Below, one piece after another: positions 12,301-22,734 of a stretch of 64,000 bases of DNA (position 1 is the stretch's first letter; the number at the start of each line of letters is the position of its first letter). A program made the position numbers and the translations under genes. This DNA comes from Asterias rubens. Taxonomy: Eukaryota. The notes under the pieces were generated by a model that made no database searches, had not been told where the DNA came from, and saw only the letters and a list, made by a program, of their open reading frames with translations. The stretch is taken from positions 6,696,001-6,760,000 of the forward strand of contig NC_047077.1 in NCBI RefSeq assembly GCF_902459465.1, read 5' to 3'.

Positions 12301-14753
12301 GGGAGAGAGATTTTTTTCAAGTTTATGCATCCATACAAAATTATTTTAATAACAATAACTGCAAATGGGGCCTGAGTTGGGTAGCATGACATTCCCACGA
12401 TGCAAAAGCGACTCACGCCCGTGGCAAAACTACCGCTGCCTAGACATAGGCGTAAACTTTAGTAGAAGATGACTAATCTATATAGCACAAACTAACAAAT
12501 ATAATTATATTCCACCATTATTGCCAACGATATTTTAGAGCTGCAGTTCTTTTCAGCAGAACCAAAACTACTTAAAGGCAGTGGACACTATTGGTAATTA
12601 CTCAAAATAATTATTGGCATAAAACCTTTCTTGGTGATGAGTAATGGGGAGAGGTTGATGGTATAAAACATTGTGAGAAACGGCTCCCTCTGAAGTGCCA
12701 TAGTTTTCGAGAAGGAAGTAATTTTCCACGAATTTGATTTCGAGACCTCAGATTTAGAACTTGAAGTCTCGAAATCAACCATCTAAACGCACACAACTTC
12801 ATGTGACAAGGGTTATTTTTCTTTCATTATTATCTCGCAACTTCGATGACCGATTGAGCTCAAATTTTCGCAGGTTTGTTATTTTATGCATAGGGCCTAT
12901 GTTGAGATACGCCAACTATGAAGGCTAGTCTTTGACAATTACCAATCCACTGTCTTTAAAAGATGTTTCCCCGTGGTGCTAACAAACCTCACCTCATTAT
13001 AGCGCATACTCCCATTAATGATTGAAAACAATGTCATTATATTTTCAATCTATTTAAATTATTGAACATTTCGGTCTTTTTGAATGAATAGTTCAATCCT
13101 CAGTCCAGATCTATACAAATTTAATCCAAATCGATTTAAGATTGAAAATGTTCACTCTTAAAAAAATTGGTTGTCATTTCACGGCAATCTGTGAAAGAGT
13201 GAAAATTCAATCTTAATAGATTGCACTTTCAATCGTAAGAATTAAGAGCGACAATGTCAGGTTTCAACCCCCACTAACAATAATGTCCTTGATCAATTAG
13301 GCCTTGGTTTAACCATGAGTGTTAACTTTTACATTAGTAGGTTATGGACACTCATAATTCGCGTGATCGGTGGGTTCGAACCCAGGACACACAAAATGCA
13401 TAGTTTAGAGAAGAAAAACAAATAATGTAATAAAAAATCAGGCATGTGGTGACAGAATGTATTAATGTATTAGTTTGCGTTGAGAGATGATACCAGAGGT
13501 AATTACAGTGCCACCGTTAGTTAACATATTATTACAGGAACAGTAAGCACTTAACATGTTCAGAAAATGAAGATTACAGAATGATGATGATGCCAGTATA
13601 GAAAACATCCTTTGAAATATCTATGTCTGAAATGTCATAGATGAGAAATAAATAAAACTAGTTTCCCGTTTTACTCATATATTTTTTTAATCGATGTCAT
13701 GCAAAAAGTGTATAATGTAATCGTTTTTCACTATTTTTCTCGTGACCCAGATGACCGATCGATCCCAAACCAGGTTTGTCAGTTTATGTATAAAAAAATA
13801 ATTATGGTGGATTTCACAAAGTGCTTAAATTGTCACTGTTTTTCTAGCAAAAACGAATTATGTAATGCTACAGGAATTCAATGAAATTTAAAGTAGGCCA
13901 TATTATAGAGATCAGGTATAAAGGATAAAAAATATAAAAAACGGAAATGGGTGAAAATAATAATAATAGCCAAGCCAAAAGTAATGGGAACCCTAGTTTG
14001 AATGGTCGATACAAAGTTGAAAACCGCAACCTTTTTTTATACTAAATAAAAAAAACAATTAAGAACATGACATACTTGGTTTGGCGGCTGGACACTTCGT
14101 ACCCTTGCAAGATACGAATTTACTTTGGACACTTCGTACCTTCCTACAAGACACTTCGTACCTTCTTACAAGACACTTCGTATCTCGTACTAAATCTCGA
14201 TTACTGCATCGTTCATGATTATTTTGTGCTATGTGATCAGATGATTATAAAATAAAAGCAAGTCAAACCAATTATTGCTATTGTGTTGGGACCAAGAAGC
14301 CATTAATTAGGCCCCTAGATGATTTAACTTTAAAATATAAACAACAGAATGGGCGGAAGATGTTGCCCTTGGCGGACATTCATTATAATAATTATGAAAA
14401 AACAAAATATAATTCACAATAAAAGGGACATTCACATAACAAAAAATGACAATTCATCTAAGCATTATTTTTTTTATCTCAACGAACATTAACTTGTTTA
14501 TAACATTATGAACTTGTTCACTCATTTTCACCAAAAGGGATATCTCGGTGAGATACATTAAATACTCAATTATTTCATATCGAATGGCACCATATATACG
14601 GAAACTTCTGCCAATGTTCTCCCATGGCTCTCTTCTTCCTCCATGGTTCTCCCACAACTTACCCCACTCTAACAGTCCTTCAACAACCGGAGTTACGCAA
14701 AGCAGGAAGACGATCCCTACGAAGGGACACAACCATCCTCGTCTTGAAGTCAT
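147..14753 (-). CDS. Secreted HYR-repeat (hyalin-like) protein, 9 coding exons in window, 3' end beyond position 1
   Basis: Exons in transcript order: 14753-14663, 9718-9509, 8282-8052, 7617-7369, 5717-5463, 4908-4654, 3223-2975, 1999-1757, 389-147. All have AG/GT ends and phase-1 junctions and join into one open frame of about 675 aa. The HYR pattern P-x-I-x-x-CP...W..P.A.D...G...V.Y.ATD..GN...C.F.V.V is present in most exons. Confidence 0.88.
442..817. mobile_element. Kolobok-like MITE, family A (degenerate)
   Basis: Diverged AGGCAGTGGACACTATTGGTAAT termini; shares the interior with other family A copies. Confidence 0.65.
850..1290 (+). mobile_element. Degenerate tRNA-type SINE of another family
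   Basis: TTGAGCAAGATACTTTAC...CACCTAGGGGTAAATGGGCACC core-like motif, split by the 1041-1189 MITE. Confidence 0.5.
1041..1189. mobile_element. Harbinger-like MITE (GGGGTCGATTTCAC TIR) inserted in an old SINE
   Basis: Near-perfect TIRs, CAG/CTG flanks and internal AGGACTAGTCCT palindromes. Other copies at about 15196-15248 and 58270-58525. Confidence 0.7.
1757..1999 (-). CDS. HYR exon (repeat 7)
   Basis: ccaacag|ATCGG...AATC|gtgagt; 243 bp; DRQNPVIGPCPTA...ATDPSGNEDTCTFSIRIN. Confidence 0.9.
2975..3223 (-). CDS. HYR exon (repeat 6)
   Basis: tttgcag|TTGAT...AGAG|gtgagt; 249 bp; VDERPSYTGCPAN...ATDEATNVATCTFTVTVR. Confidence 0.9.
4654..4908 (-). CDS. HYR exon (repeat 5)
   Basis: cccccag|TTGAT...GTGG|gtcagt; 255 bp; VDDLLPVVDCPQP...ATDRFGNVNQCDFTVDVV. 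Confidence 0.9.
5463..5717 (-). CDS. HYR exon (repeat 4)
   Basis: gaacag|AAACA...CAAG|gtgagt; 255 bp; DDENPSILNCPAN...TDDAGNMATCTFRITVQ. Confidence 0.9.
5651..6237. repeat. About 205-bp tandem triplication overlapping the 5' end of HYR exon 4
   Basis: Three copies of TTGGGTTCTCATCG.CTGGTGTTTCTGTTCAAAGAAA and its flanks. Confidence 0.9.
6415..7221 (+). mobile_element. Same SINE family, interrupted by a MITE at 6521-6900
   Basis: Head, core and (TTA)n tail are collinear with 59753-60160. A 5'-truncated copy lies at about 62318-62560; head fragments at about 36420-36540, 48555-48662 (-) and 18340-18475 (-). Confidence 0.75.
6521..6900. mobile_element. Kolobok-like MITE, family A, nested in a SINE
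   Basis: TIRs present, TAAA on the left and TTAA on the right. It splits the SINE motif GTGTCCTTAAGCAAGA. Confidence 0.8.
7369..7617 (-). CDS. HYR exon (repeat 3)
   Basis: ctcacag|AGCCA...ACTG|gtgagt; 249 bp; TITCPADIEVVLP...RMCSFDVVVT. Confidence 0.88.
8052..8282 (-). CDS. HYR exon (repeat 2)
   Basis: ttctag|ATAAT...AATG|gtaggt; 231 bp; DNGSPTITSCPGD...FCTFDVFVN. Confidence 0.85.
8600..8725 (-). mobile_element. tRNA-headed SINE fragment, third family
   Basis: On minus: GTTGGTATGACACTGCTCTAGAATTGC...GGGTTCAAATTCCGCC. Homologous pieces at 3535-3700 (+) and 41900-42010 (-). Confidence 0.5.
9509..9718 (-). CDS. HYR exon (repeat 1, short)
   Basis: cattag|TTCAAAAT...ATAG|gtaatg; 210 bp; VQNCTDVDV...VYWTSP...TVTYTATDDVDTIMCAFDVIV. 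Confidence 0.8.
12576..12955. mobile_element. Kolobok-like MITE, family A
   Basis: TTAA|AGGCAGTGGACACTATTGGTAAT...CCACTGTCT|TTAA. Confidence 0.8.
14091..14185. repeat. Four GACACTTCGTA(CC) motifs, probable transposon subterminal array
   Basis: Motif at 14091, 14128, 14150 and 14172. Confidence 0.55.
14663..14753 (-). CDS. HYR gene exon 1, signal peptide
   Basis: MTSRRGWLCPFVGIVFLLCVTPVVEG|LLEW: basic N-terminus, hydrophobic core, VEG cleavage-like site. Ends at TGG G|GTAAGT (phase 1). Confidence 0.75.
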
Positions 14754-14884
14754 GCTGTCGTCACAGATAGTCAATTAAAGATGAAACCAAAATATATAAT
14801 CGACGTTTGAGATGTCAAAACATCGAGGTTTAGTTTTATTTGGCTCTGTTTAGATGACGTTTAGATATGTATTACAATGGCGAT

Positions 14885-14965
14885 GTTTATGGCTATATAA
14901 TAGTGGGTGCATATTTCGGGGCCGGGGAATGGCCCGTGGAATTGCGAACAGGGTGTGGGGCTTTT
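14885..14965 (-). promoter_or_regulatory. Candidate core promoter of the HYR gene
   Basis: TATATA near 14893-14898, GC box (CCCCGGCCCC on minus) and CACCC box (CCCCACACCC on minus), 140-210 bp upstream of the signal-peptide ATG. Motif match only. Confidence 0.35.
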
Positions 14966-16824
14966 GTGATGCGCTCAAGCGGAACCGAATCGCGGCTGTT
15001 TTCGTGAACGTCATCCTGCACTTTCCCTTTACTTATTGTTTGCGTTCATTCGAACGGAACGTCTACCTAAACTTGCCGCAAGTCCACAAAATGAAATACA
15101 TAACTCAAAGTTTTGTTAAAATACTTTAATAAATACTCTCAAAAAAGTGAAGGGTTCCTAGGGTGGTTCCACAATCGTCCAAACTTATAACATGGAGGTA
15201 GCCATGCTTATAACTAGTCTATAATACTCTTTGTGAAATCGAACCCAGGCTACTCTTTAAAAACCTTTTGCTGGAATTTTATGACCACTTGTAAAATAAA
15301 GTGCTTCATAACAGTTTACGAATTCTTGAATGCCTTAACACAAAAATGTATGAACTTGTTTATTCTTGGGGTGAATTTTAATTTATTTATAAGAACAAGT
15401 TTAAATCCTGCAGCCTCTGTGCATCCTGATGCTCCACCAACTTAGTTACAACTTATTTTCTTCTAATTGTATAAATGGTTGAGATTTTTAACAATGTTTT
15501 TTTTAAATAGGACAACAATACAATTTTAAAAACATTTTTCAATTTCATTTATTGATACCATAATATAGGAAGGAAAATAAATTCAAATTAGTTTAAGATT
15601 TAATGCTATTTTTAAAACAATGTTTTAGATGCATTTTATTACCGTTTGCTCTTATTTAATTTATTATTATAGATCTTGAAGATATTGTTAAAATGCTGGT
15701 CATCTGCTCTTGAGGGTGATGCCATGTCTACAAGCCATGGATTTGTCTGGGATTTTTACTATCTACGTGTTATCCTTGATATCAAGCTGAGCCTTCGACA
15801 GGTAAGTTTAATTACCATTACATATTTGGTGTTTGCTAACAAAATAGTTCCACAGACGATGTGACCTGTGACATCACATGTTTATAAAAGAGCCACACAG
15901 CCTAATGGAAGAAATCATAAAATCTTGTATTTTATGGAGATTGCACTGTTTAATTCTTATCAGCGTTTGATATGATGAAAGGGGGCACATCTCAAAACTT
16001 GTCCCATAATTCTTAGATTTATGTGGAAATTATGACGCAAAATGTCAACTTCCCAATTGATCTGTGCAATATTGTGCCTGCCAGAATACTCAAAGAATGT
16101 GCAAGGTCACACTTATTGTAAACAAAGTTCACATGGTCTATAAAACGCTCACTGAGCAAACTCCAAACAAGAAATTAGTTTTATAGATTTCTTATCAAAT
16201 ATGACAATTCAGACAGAAATATTTCATGGGATGATGTTTTCTACTATCATCATCAAACCTGTGATCTAGACGATTGTTTTATTCTTACCAAATTTGAAGT
16301 TGTCTCTTCTTGTCCACTGTTTGTACAATGCATTATAAATGGTTACATCAAACAATATAACTAACCTTTTTATGTAACAGAGTTTATAAATAGGTTCTCC
16401 TTCACTGTTAAAGTACAGTCTACTATCATATAATAAGGGCCCTGGGACTGGCCAAAGTACCTCTTAAAGGCACTGGACACTATTGGTAATTACGCAAAAT
16501 AATTGTTAGCATACAAACTTACTCGCTAAAGGAGCAATGGAGAACTGTTGTTAATATAGAACATTGTGAGAAATGGCTCCCTCTGAAGTAACATAGTTTT
16601 TTGTAGACAGAGGTAATTTCTCACTAAAATATTACAAGACTTCAGGCCTATGAATCATTTTTCCAAGAGTTGTGTTGTTGGTTTTACATTGAGTCAAGTG
16701 TTACAATTGTTGGTACATGCCCTTGAGTATATTGGGTAGGACTGTAAATTAAAGAGATGTAACCAAGTGACTTGGTTTTGGAGATGAGTTTGAAAATTGT
16801 TTAGCTGCAGTTCTGGTCGCTGAG

Positions 16825-17003
16825 GGCAGTTGCCGAACTTTGCTCTTGAAGGGGCACATCGTTTTTCCTCTGGTAAGGGGCACTTCTATGGGGAAAATGT
16901 GAAATTGTCATGGAACCTTGCACAGGGCACCACAGCAAAAGCACACGGCACTTGGGCAATTGCTGTGGGTGCCATGGGTTATTTTGAGGCCTGCAGTTTT
17001 CAG
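16825..17003. mobile_element. hAT-like short repeat family (CAGGCC...GGCCTG ends, GGGCACCACAGCAAAAGC core)
   Basis: Shared interior with copies at 25562-25730, 25975-26138, 43095-43217 and 53270-53400. Superfamily inferred only from the CAGG termini. Confidence 0.55.
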
Positions 17004-17604
17004 CAAGACTCGCCACAAATGTGTGGATAACAATGTTATAACCCTGATCAGTTGCACTATGAGGATTTACATTTGAAGGGAATCAGGATCGTAAAGCGCA
17101 TTGAGAAGGTTTTTGTGAAATGCGCTATATAAGAACTTGTTATTATTATTATTAAAAAGAAGAACTTTCTACCTGGGGGGGGGGGGCTTCTGATCTTGTT
17201 ATGGTGGCATTTTTAGAAAAGTTTGATCTAATGTTCCTCGTTCTGTGTCTGCCTGCCTTCCTCAATAAAGAACACTTTTATTATGTAATGCTGACTATCA
17301 CAATCCAGTCTCCTGGGCGACACATCAATGGGAAGAAGTTTGAACTAAAGTCGACATCAATGCTGCATGGCTATATAGACAAACCAAGCCACTCGAATGT
17401 CACCTGCCCAGAGCAGCTTAGTGCCGATAATAACAGATGCCGTACTGATCATGGTTGATTCCGGGCGAAATGTTTTGGATGGTTAAGCCCGAGTGTGGAG
17501 CTGGCCTTTGAACAGCTGCCCACATCACCAGTGACTTGATTTCACAGTTGCCCTGGCGAGCAGTCCTTACAGGAGCTTGACAAGCTGTAATTGACACCAA
17601 TTGT

Positions 17605-17610
17605 TTTATT
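17605..17610 (-). terminator. Candidate ELP6 polyadenylation signal AATAAA
   Basis: TTTATT on plus = AATAAA on minus, about 225 nt past the stop codon. Confidence 0.4.
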
Positions 17611-17835
17611 CAATTACAGTTTAATCTGAGACATCAGGGGGCCACTTTATGTCAATCTTGCTGCTCAGTCACCTGTGTAGATCCTGATATGAGGAGATTG
17701 TGCAGTATGCCAGTTTTTGTTTATGCGGCTCGTGAAGATACAGATACAGACACATGCATATAAATAATGAGAAACAGCAGACAGCTGACCCTTGTTATTG
17801 ATGTTCACAATCCAAAAGTCACAAAGTGGCTTGTC

Positions 17836-17967
17836 TCATAACACAGCTGATGATGTCCCAACAGCGAAAAATGTCACAGACTTGTCCAGTATTTTGTACT
17901 GCAGAGTCCTATCCGGTTGGTTGCGGTTTGGTCTGGTACCATCTGGATCCCTCTTGATGATCGTTAA
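17836..17967 (-). CDS. ELP6: ELP6 coding exon 7 (stop)
   Basis: LTIIKRD...LQYKILDKSVTFFAVGTSSAVL*. Confidence 0.93.
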   Translation of the reverse strand, partial: LTIIKRDPDGTRPNRNQPDRTLQYKILDKSVTFFAVGTSSAVL

Positions 17968-20900
17968 CTGAAATGAAACAAAGAAACTTGTGAATGTTTA
18001 CTTCATACATCAATGTGCTGTGTGGCTTTTCTTATGAAAAACAACCGCAATGTTTGCAAAAAAATTGAGATCTTTTGCAAAACGTCTTTACACTAACCTG
18101 GTGTATTTTTTCACCCAGGGGTAAAGCATTTAGGAGTTTTCTTTGAAAGGCCAATGAAAGCCTATTTGCCGACTTTAATTCCAACTGGGTAGGGAGAGGG
18201 GGTCTCGAGTTGAATAATCCCTATACAGCTCACATAGATAGCTAAGCTGGTATGCAGACACATCAAGGCAACCTCCTCTTGCAATCACAACGTGTTCTTA
18301 ATCGTGCATTACAGTTACCCAACAAATGTGACCCATGGCTTTATGTCCCATTCGAAAGACAAAGTAATGATGGTTTAGGTGTCAAGACCAGGACTCTAAC
18401 CCACACTCTGCAAATCAGTAACCAGAGCAGGGGCCCAGTGTGCTTGACCACTCGACAATGACACTCGGCTAGCCTAGCGCAGAATTAGCCGCCTCCTTAA
18501 AACTCCTCAAATCGTTGTTATGTGTCTCTTCTACAGATTATATCACAGGGTGCAGGTCTGTATGCTTCATTTTTAAAAGGGCTAGGGCGCCAAAGCATTT
18601 TCTGTTTGGTCAAGGGTACCCTTTGAGGAAATTGTAAATTTCTGCTGGAGGATTTCAAGGGCATCAAGGCAATGACCAGCATTTTCTGTTTGGTCAAGGG
18701 TACCCTTTGAGGAAATTGTAAATTTCTGCTGGAGGAGTTCCAAGGGCATCAAGGCAATGACCAGGGGACATGGAAGCAAACCGCCTTCTTTGCCAATGTG
18801 AAGTATCATGCCTGAAGGGTGGGCTCCAATGGTTATTCACTGGTTGCCCCCTCCCCTCCAGCCCCTTTGGATGCACCACCCCCACACCTCATTCCCCTTG
18901 TCATTCTACAGAGGATCACGTGAATTACCTGTCCATGAATATCCTTTGAGAAACCACTTCCTAATCCCTGTACTTGAAGGAAGCAATGGCACTGATGCCT
19001 GAGATGTGTGATTAGAGACAGATTGATATCATCCTCCACATCAGCATCAGAGTGTACTAAACACACTATGGTTGCATCAGGCTAAAGAAGATAAATGCAA
19101 AATGTGTCAGAGCATGGGTTGTAAAAACACACTTTGGTCAAAATGTTGTATCCTGTCTTATAATTATTGATAACAATAATACAAACTACTTATAAAGTGA
19201 TTTTTTATAATAAAAGATAACAAGCTCTCTACAGCAAAATATAAAAAGAAATAATTATTGTAATGACCTTAACTTATATCATTGGGATAAGGTTATTCCC
19301 CATCATGGTATCGGTGTACCCAAAACAGGATAGTTTGGACGACAATGTTCCTGTCAGTTTCTACTATCATTTAGATTATATTGTTGCATGTCGTTAAGCT
19401 TACATGTCGTGGCTTTGGATGAGACATTAAGCTGTATGTCAATTGTATTAGGTCGGGTAGTGCTTGTAAAGCCACCCAGAGCATGGAAAAGTAGGGGTTA
19501 ACCCTGGTGTTTCTAGTTCACGTAGCAAGCACTCTGAACAGGTTTCCTCGGGCTTTTGTAAACTAAAACGACTTAGTTAGTTATCAGACATATTATGTTC
19601 AGCTATTCTTAACAACATGTTGATAAATTTCCACCAACCTGTGAAGTCTGACAGTAGTGAATGAACTGCATCACTTGCTGAACAGTCAGTCCCAATGAGA
19701 TCAGCACACTCAAGTCATCAATTAAAATCAATCTGCTACCACTGTTCTCTTGGTGGTCTTGGGCAAATGACTCTGTGATGATGTTGTACAACGGTCTGAC
19801 TGAAACTTTGTCATCTCTGTGTAAGAAAAGTAGTACATAAATATTTACTGCTTGTGGGCAAAATCGGATAACCTTGCAATTAATTCTATGATTGTCACCA
19901 ATGGTCAAGAGTGGTTTAGTGACATGAGTGTCAGACCCAGCCTGGTTCAAACAGGTGCTTAAGCAGACAATAATTGTGCTAAAGAAATGTCTGCTAAGGA
20001 ATTTTTCTCTGGTGAGCTAAATAGTTTTGTGTGTTAAAGTCTTTCATGTAGAGCCAGGGTATGTATCTTTGATGTGATGATTTTGCCACATTTTCTTTTT
20101 ATGACATCAAAGACATTGACATCGCATGTCTCACAGGTATCCTTGTTCAACAAAAGACTTACTTTAGACACTGTAATATCATCCGTTCATCTTTATGGCT
20201 TTCCTCCATGCCATCATGCATTAGCTGCAGTGAGAAGTCTAAACCATTGACTAATGTTAGCTGCTCGTTCCTTCTTGCAATACCGAGATTCACTCCCTGA
20301 AAAAAAAAACCCAGTGAAACAATGTCAAAGTGATAGGTTATCATTTGTTCTTACATCATAACTAAATAGTTTCTTGTTTTGAGGTTATCTGTTTGCTTTG
20401 CTTTATCTTGCATGAGACACTATGGCAAGGTACAAGACAAGATTCTGGATTTAAACAAAATTTCTTGATACTATTACTAGCATCTTTTTCTTAGAAAATG
20501 TTGTACCATTAACAAATTCGTTTGTAATTATTGTAAACATCCTTATAATAGACCTTATGCACATGACGTCATTTCAGTAGGGCGCCCTCACCTAGAGGTC
20601 AAAAGGAGGTTGTTCATTGGCCAATCCTCTGCGCCACGCGTACAAATCTGTGCGATTCGATTGTTTCGTCACCGTTTTTCCACTAAGATGGCCGCTGGAT
20701 GACGTCAATGCATAAGGTCTATAGACCCAGTAACTGGGGCTCCGTATATTTTTTTTTACATTGCATCTTGATACCAGAGTGCAAATGTATGAAGATGCAA
20801 ATGTCAAAATAAAAATAAAAAATTAGTACAGAGCCCCAGTTACTGGGTCTATCCTATGTTTTGGCCTACAAATCTAAAATATGAAAGAAATGATAACACC

Positions 20901-22642
20901 TTACTCATATTACTGAAGAGGCTTGGGGTATTTACTTACTAGTTTCTGTGCAACGGCACTGTAATGGCTGAATGACTGCGCTAAGGCTAAGAAACAAACC
21001 TTGTGGTCACCTGTGTGTGAGTAAACAAATTAACTAAATAAGTGAATGAACTGCACTTGTCAATAAGAAAAAACAAGTTAGTTTATTTCTAAAGTATTAA
21101 TGATGCTCTCCCTAGAATACTTGATTTAAAAGTAAAACTTTATGGAAAAAGAGCCTTTTCTTTTGTAGATCATAAATACATGTATAAACAAAGATTTCCA
21201 AGAATCACACATCTACGATTGTGTAGATGACATCACAAACAGTGAAGTTTTGTCTAACCACAAACTTGGCTATTGTTGTGAGGTTTACCCTAGTTTTACG
21301 TTACCTTTTAGGAATACAGAGAGAAAATGATGGATGAGAAAACTTCCGTCTGTCAATGAATCTGTTACAAGCATCAGTTGACCCTGTGTAAAAAAATTGT
21401 ACATTATATATATTTTTGCTAGTAACTTTTTATTTGTTGTTAAATCAACATTATTTTGTTTTATGCTTTAAAATGTTGCGATAATGTAACCCTCCTCCTG
21501 ACGGTGGGAGGGGGGTTACGTTATCGCAACGGGTTGTTCTAAAACCCCCTCGACCCCCACGACCCACGACCCCCTCGACCATCGACTTTTGTGCGATCTT
21601 TTTTTCTGTACACCGAAATTGCCACAGTTCACAACCTCAGCCAATCACGCACACAATGTTGTTTGCTGACATCGACTACCATGCCTCGCAGATCACAACA
21701 ACACAGCGTACGAGACACGTAGTATGCACGAAGCGAACTTCGCGTGATTGGCTGCCGAGATCGGGCCTGTGGCAATTACGATGTACAGATAAAAAACCGC
21801 GGCATTTCCACGTGTATCTCTTGGCCGATCCGAGATTATTAACCCAACTGGGAACCTGCATTTACCGCCCGAGTACGATTACGGCCGACTCATTACGTGA
21901 TGATCAGATGGACCCATTTCCGGCCAATCGCTCCCGTCCTGTGTACTATGGTACTACTACTAGTTGCTCTAAGCGGAGCTCAAGGTTGTAGACCCGACCG
22001 ACCGAATGGCCACACGGACGTGTTTGGGGTCCCCAATCGGTGTGCACTTGTCTTGTGCGGAAGCGGAGAGTAAATACTCCCAATACTGTGTGGCTGATGC
22101 AGATAAATATAACCGCAGTCTCAGACTTGAAGTCAAGCCTAATCGTGGAAGGAAGTTGCGTCACGGATCACACACTGTTGAATTCTAAATCGGGGACTTA
22201 ATTCTTACTCGGCCGTAAAGCGATTTTATGAATTCGGAATTGGGACATTCTTCGATCTTCGAACACGGGGCGGACGTCGGAGGGTCGTGGGTCGTGGGTC
22301 GAGGGGGTCGAGGGGGTTTTAGAACAACCCTATCGTAACTACTTAACTTTTTGTTGTGCTCGAGTGCAAATGAAAGGCTGCAAGCACTCTGTGAAATTAG
22401 GCCCAGACTTAATAAACATGCCACAAAAAGTACAGAGCAGACACTTGATGATTGACATTCGGATCCCGACATTGTACTCAATATTCATTGACAATGAGCT
22501 GAATTGTTGACTGCTTTGTTTCGAATTTGAGAGGAGATGAGATGAGATTTCATTTTTGTAAACAAAAATAAAATTCATAAAAACATACCTTCGGTGGGTT
22601 ACCTGGACCAAACCCAATGTAATCATTTAGTTCAGAGAACAT
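17836..22642 (-). CDS. ELP6: Elongator complex protein 6, 7 exons, 266 aa
   Basis: Join of 22642-22589, 21383-21305, 21010-20940, 20296-20163, 19816-19639, 19081-18929, 17967-17836 = 801 bp, phases consistent. Peptide MFSELND...TDGSFLIHHFLS...KVCFLALAQSFSHYSAVAQKLGVNL...LILIDDLSVLISLG...GLGSGFSKDIHGQL...QYKILDKSVTFFAVGTSSAVL* matches ELP6 motifs as recalled. Confidence 0.96.
18555..18812. mobile_element. Short repeat family with GGGCACCAAGGCA core, internal 86-bp tandem duplication
   Basis: Homologous to 1370-1500, 8746-9050, 35503-35690 and 56665-56830. Confidence 0.6.
18929..19081 (-). CDS. ELP6: ELP6 coding exon 6
   Basis: PDATIVCLVHSD...LQVQGLGSGFSKDIHGQ; AG/GT ends. Confidence 0.93.
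19639..19816 (-). CDS. ELP6: ELP6 coding exon 5
   Basis: DDKVSVRPLY...LILIDDLSVLISLGLTVQQVMQFIHYCQTSQ; AG/GT ends. Confidence 0.92.
20163..20296 (-). CDS. ELP6: ELP6 coding exon 4
   Basis: GVNLGIARRNEQLTLVNGLDF...ILQCL; AG/GT ends. Confidence 0.9.
20548..20722. mobile_element. MITE with ATAGACCTTATGCA TIR (ELP6 intron 3)
   Basis: ATAGACCTTATGCA..TGACGTCA ... TGACGTCA.TGCATAAGGTCTAT. A relative lies at about 60707-61010. Confidence 0.75.
20721..20852. mobile_element. MITE with ATAGACCCAGTAACTGGGGC TIR
   Basis: Perfect TIRs. A second copy lies at 30799-30960. Confidence 0.75.
20940..21010 (-). CDS. ELP6: ELP6 coding exon 3
   Basis: GDHKVCFLALAQSFSHYSAVAQKL; AG/GT ends. Confidence 0.93.
21305..21383 (-). 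CDS. ELP6: ELP6 coding exon 2
   Basis: GQLMLVTDSLTDGSFLIHHFLSVFLK; AG/GT ends. Confidence 0.93.
21531..22330. mobile_element. Non-autonomous MULE/Mutator-like element in ELP6 intron 1
   Basis: TIRs GGGTTGTTCTAAAACCCCCTCGACCCC at both ends. A 9-bp near-duplication flanks it (TATCGCAAC / TATCGTAAC). No transposase ORF is recognisable. Confidence 0.7.
22589..22642 (-). CDS. ELP6: ELP6 coding exon 1
   Basis: ATG...CCGAAG|gtatgt; MFSELNDYIGFGPGNPPK. Confidence 0.85.
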
Positions 22643-22734
22643 CTTGAATGTTTTCTTGTCAATCTCGTCACTTTAAATTGGTATTTAATCTGAAAATAAT
22701 AAGGCCCCACTACTGGCTGCTGTACCGATTTTAT

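Noticed and set aside
20067-20112. C/D snoRNA-like stem with a GTGATGA box in ELP6 intron 4
   Set aside because: It is only about 46 nt long and the D box is ATGA instead of CTGA.
21656-22481. ORFs inside the MULE-like element as transposase
   Set aside because: They are short, overlap on both strands and show no DDE or zinc-finger motifs.
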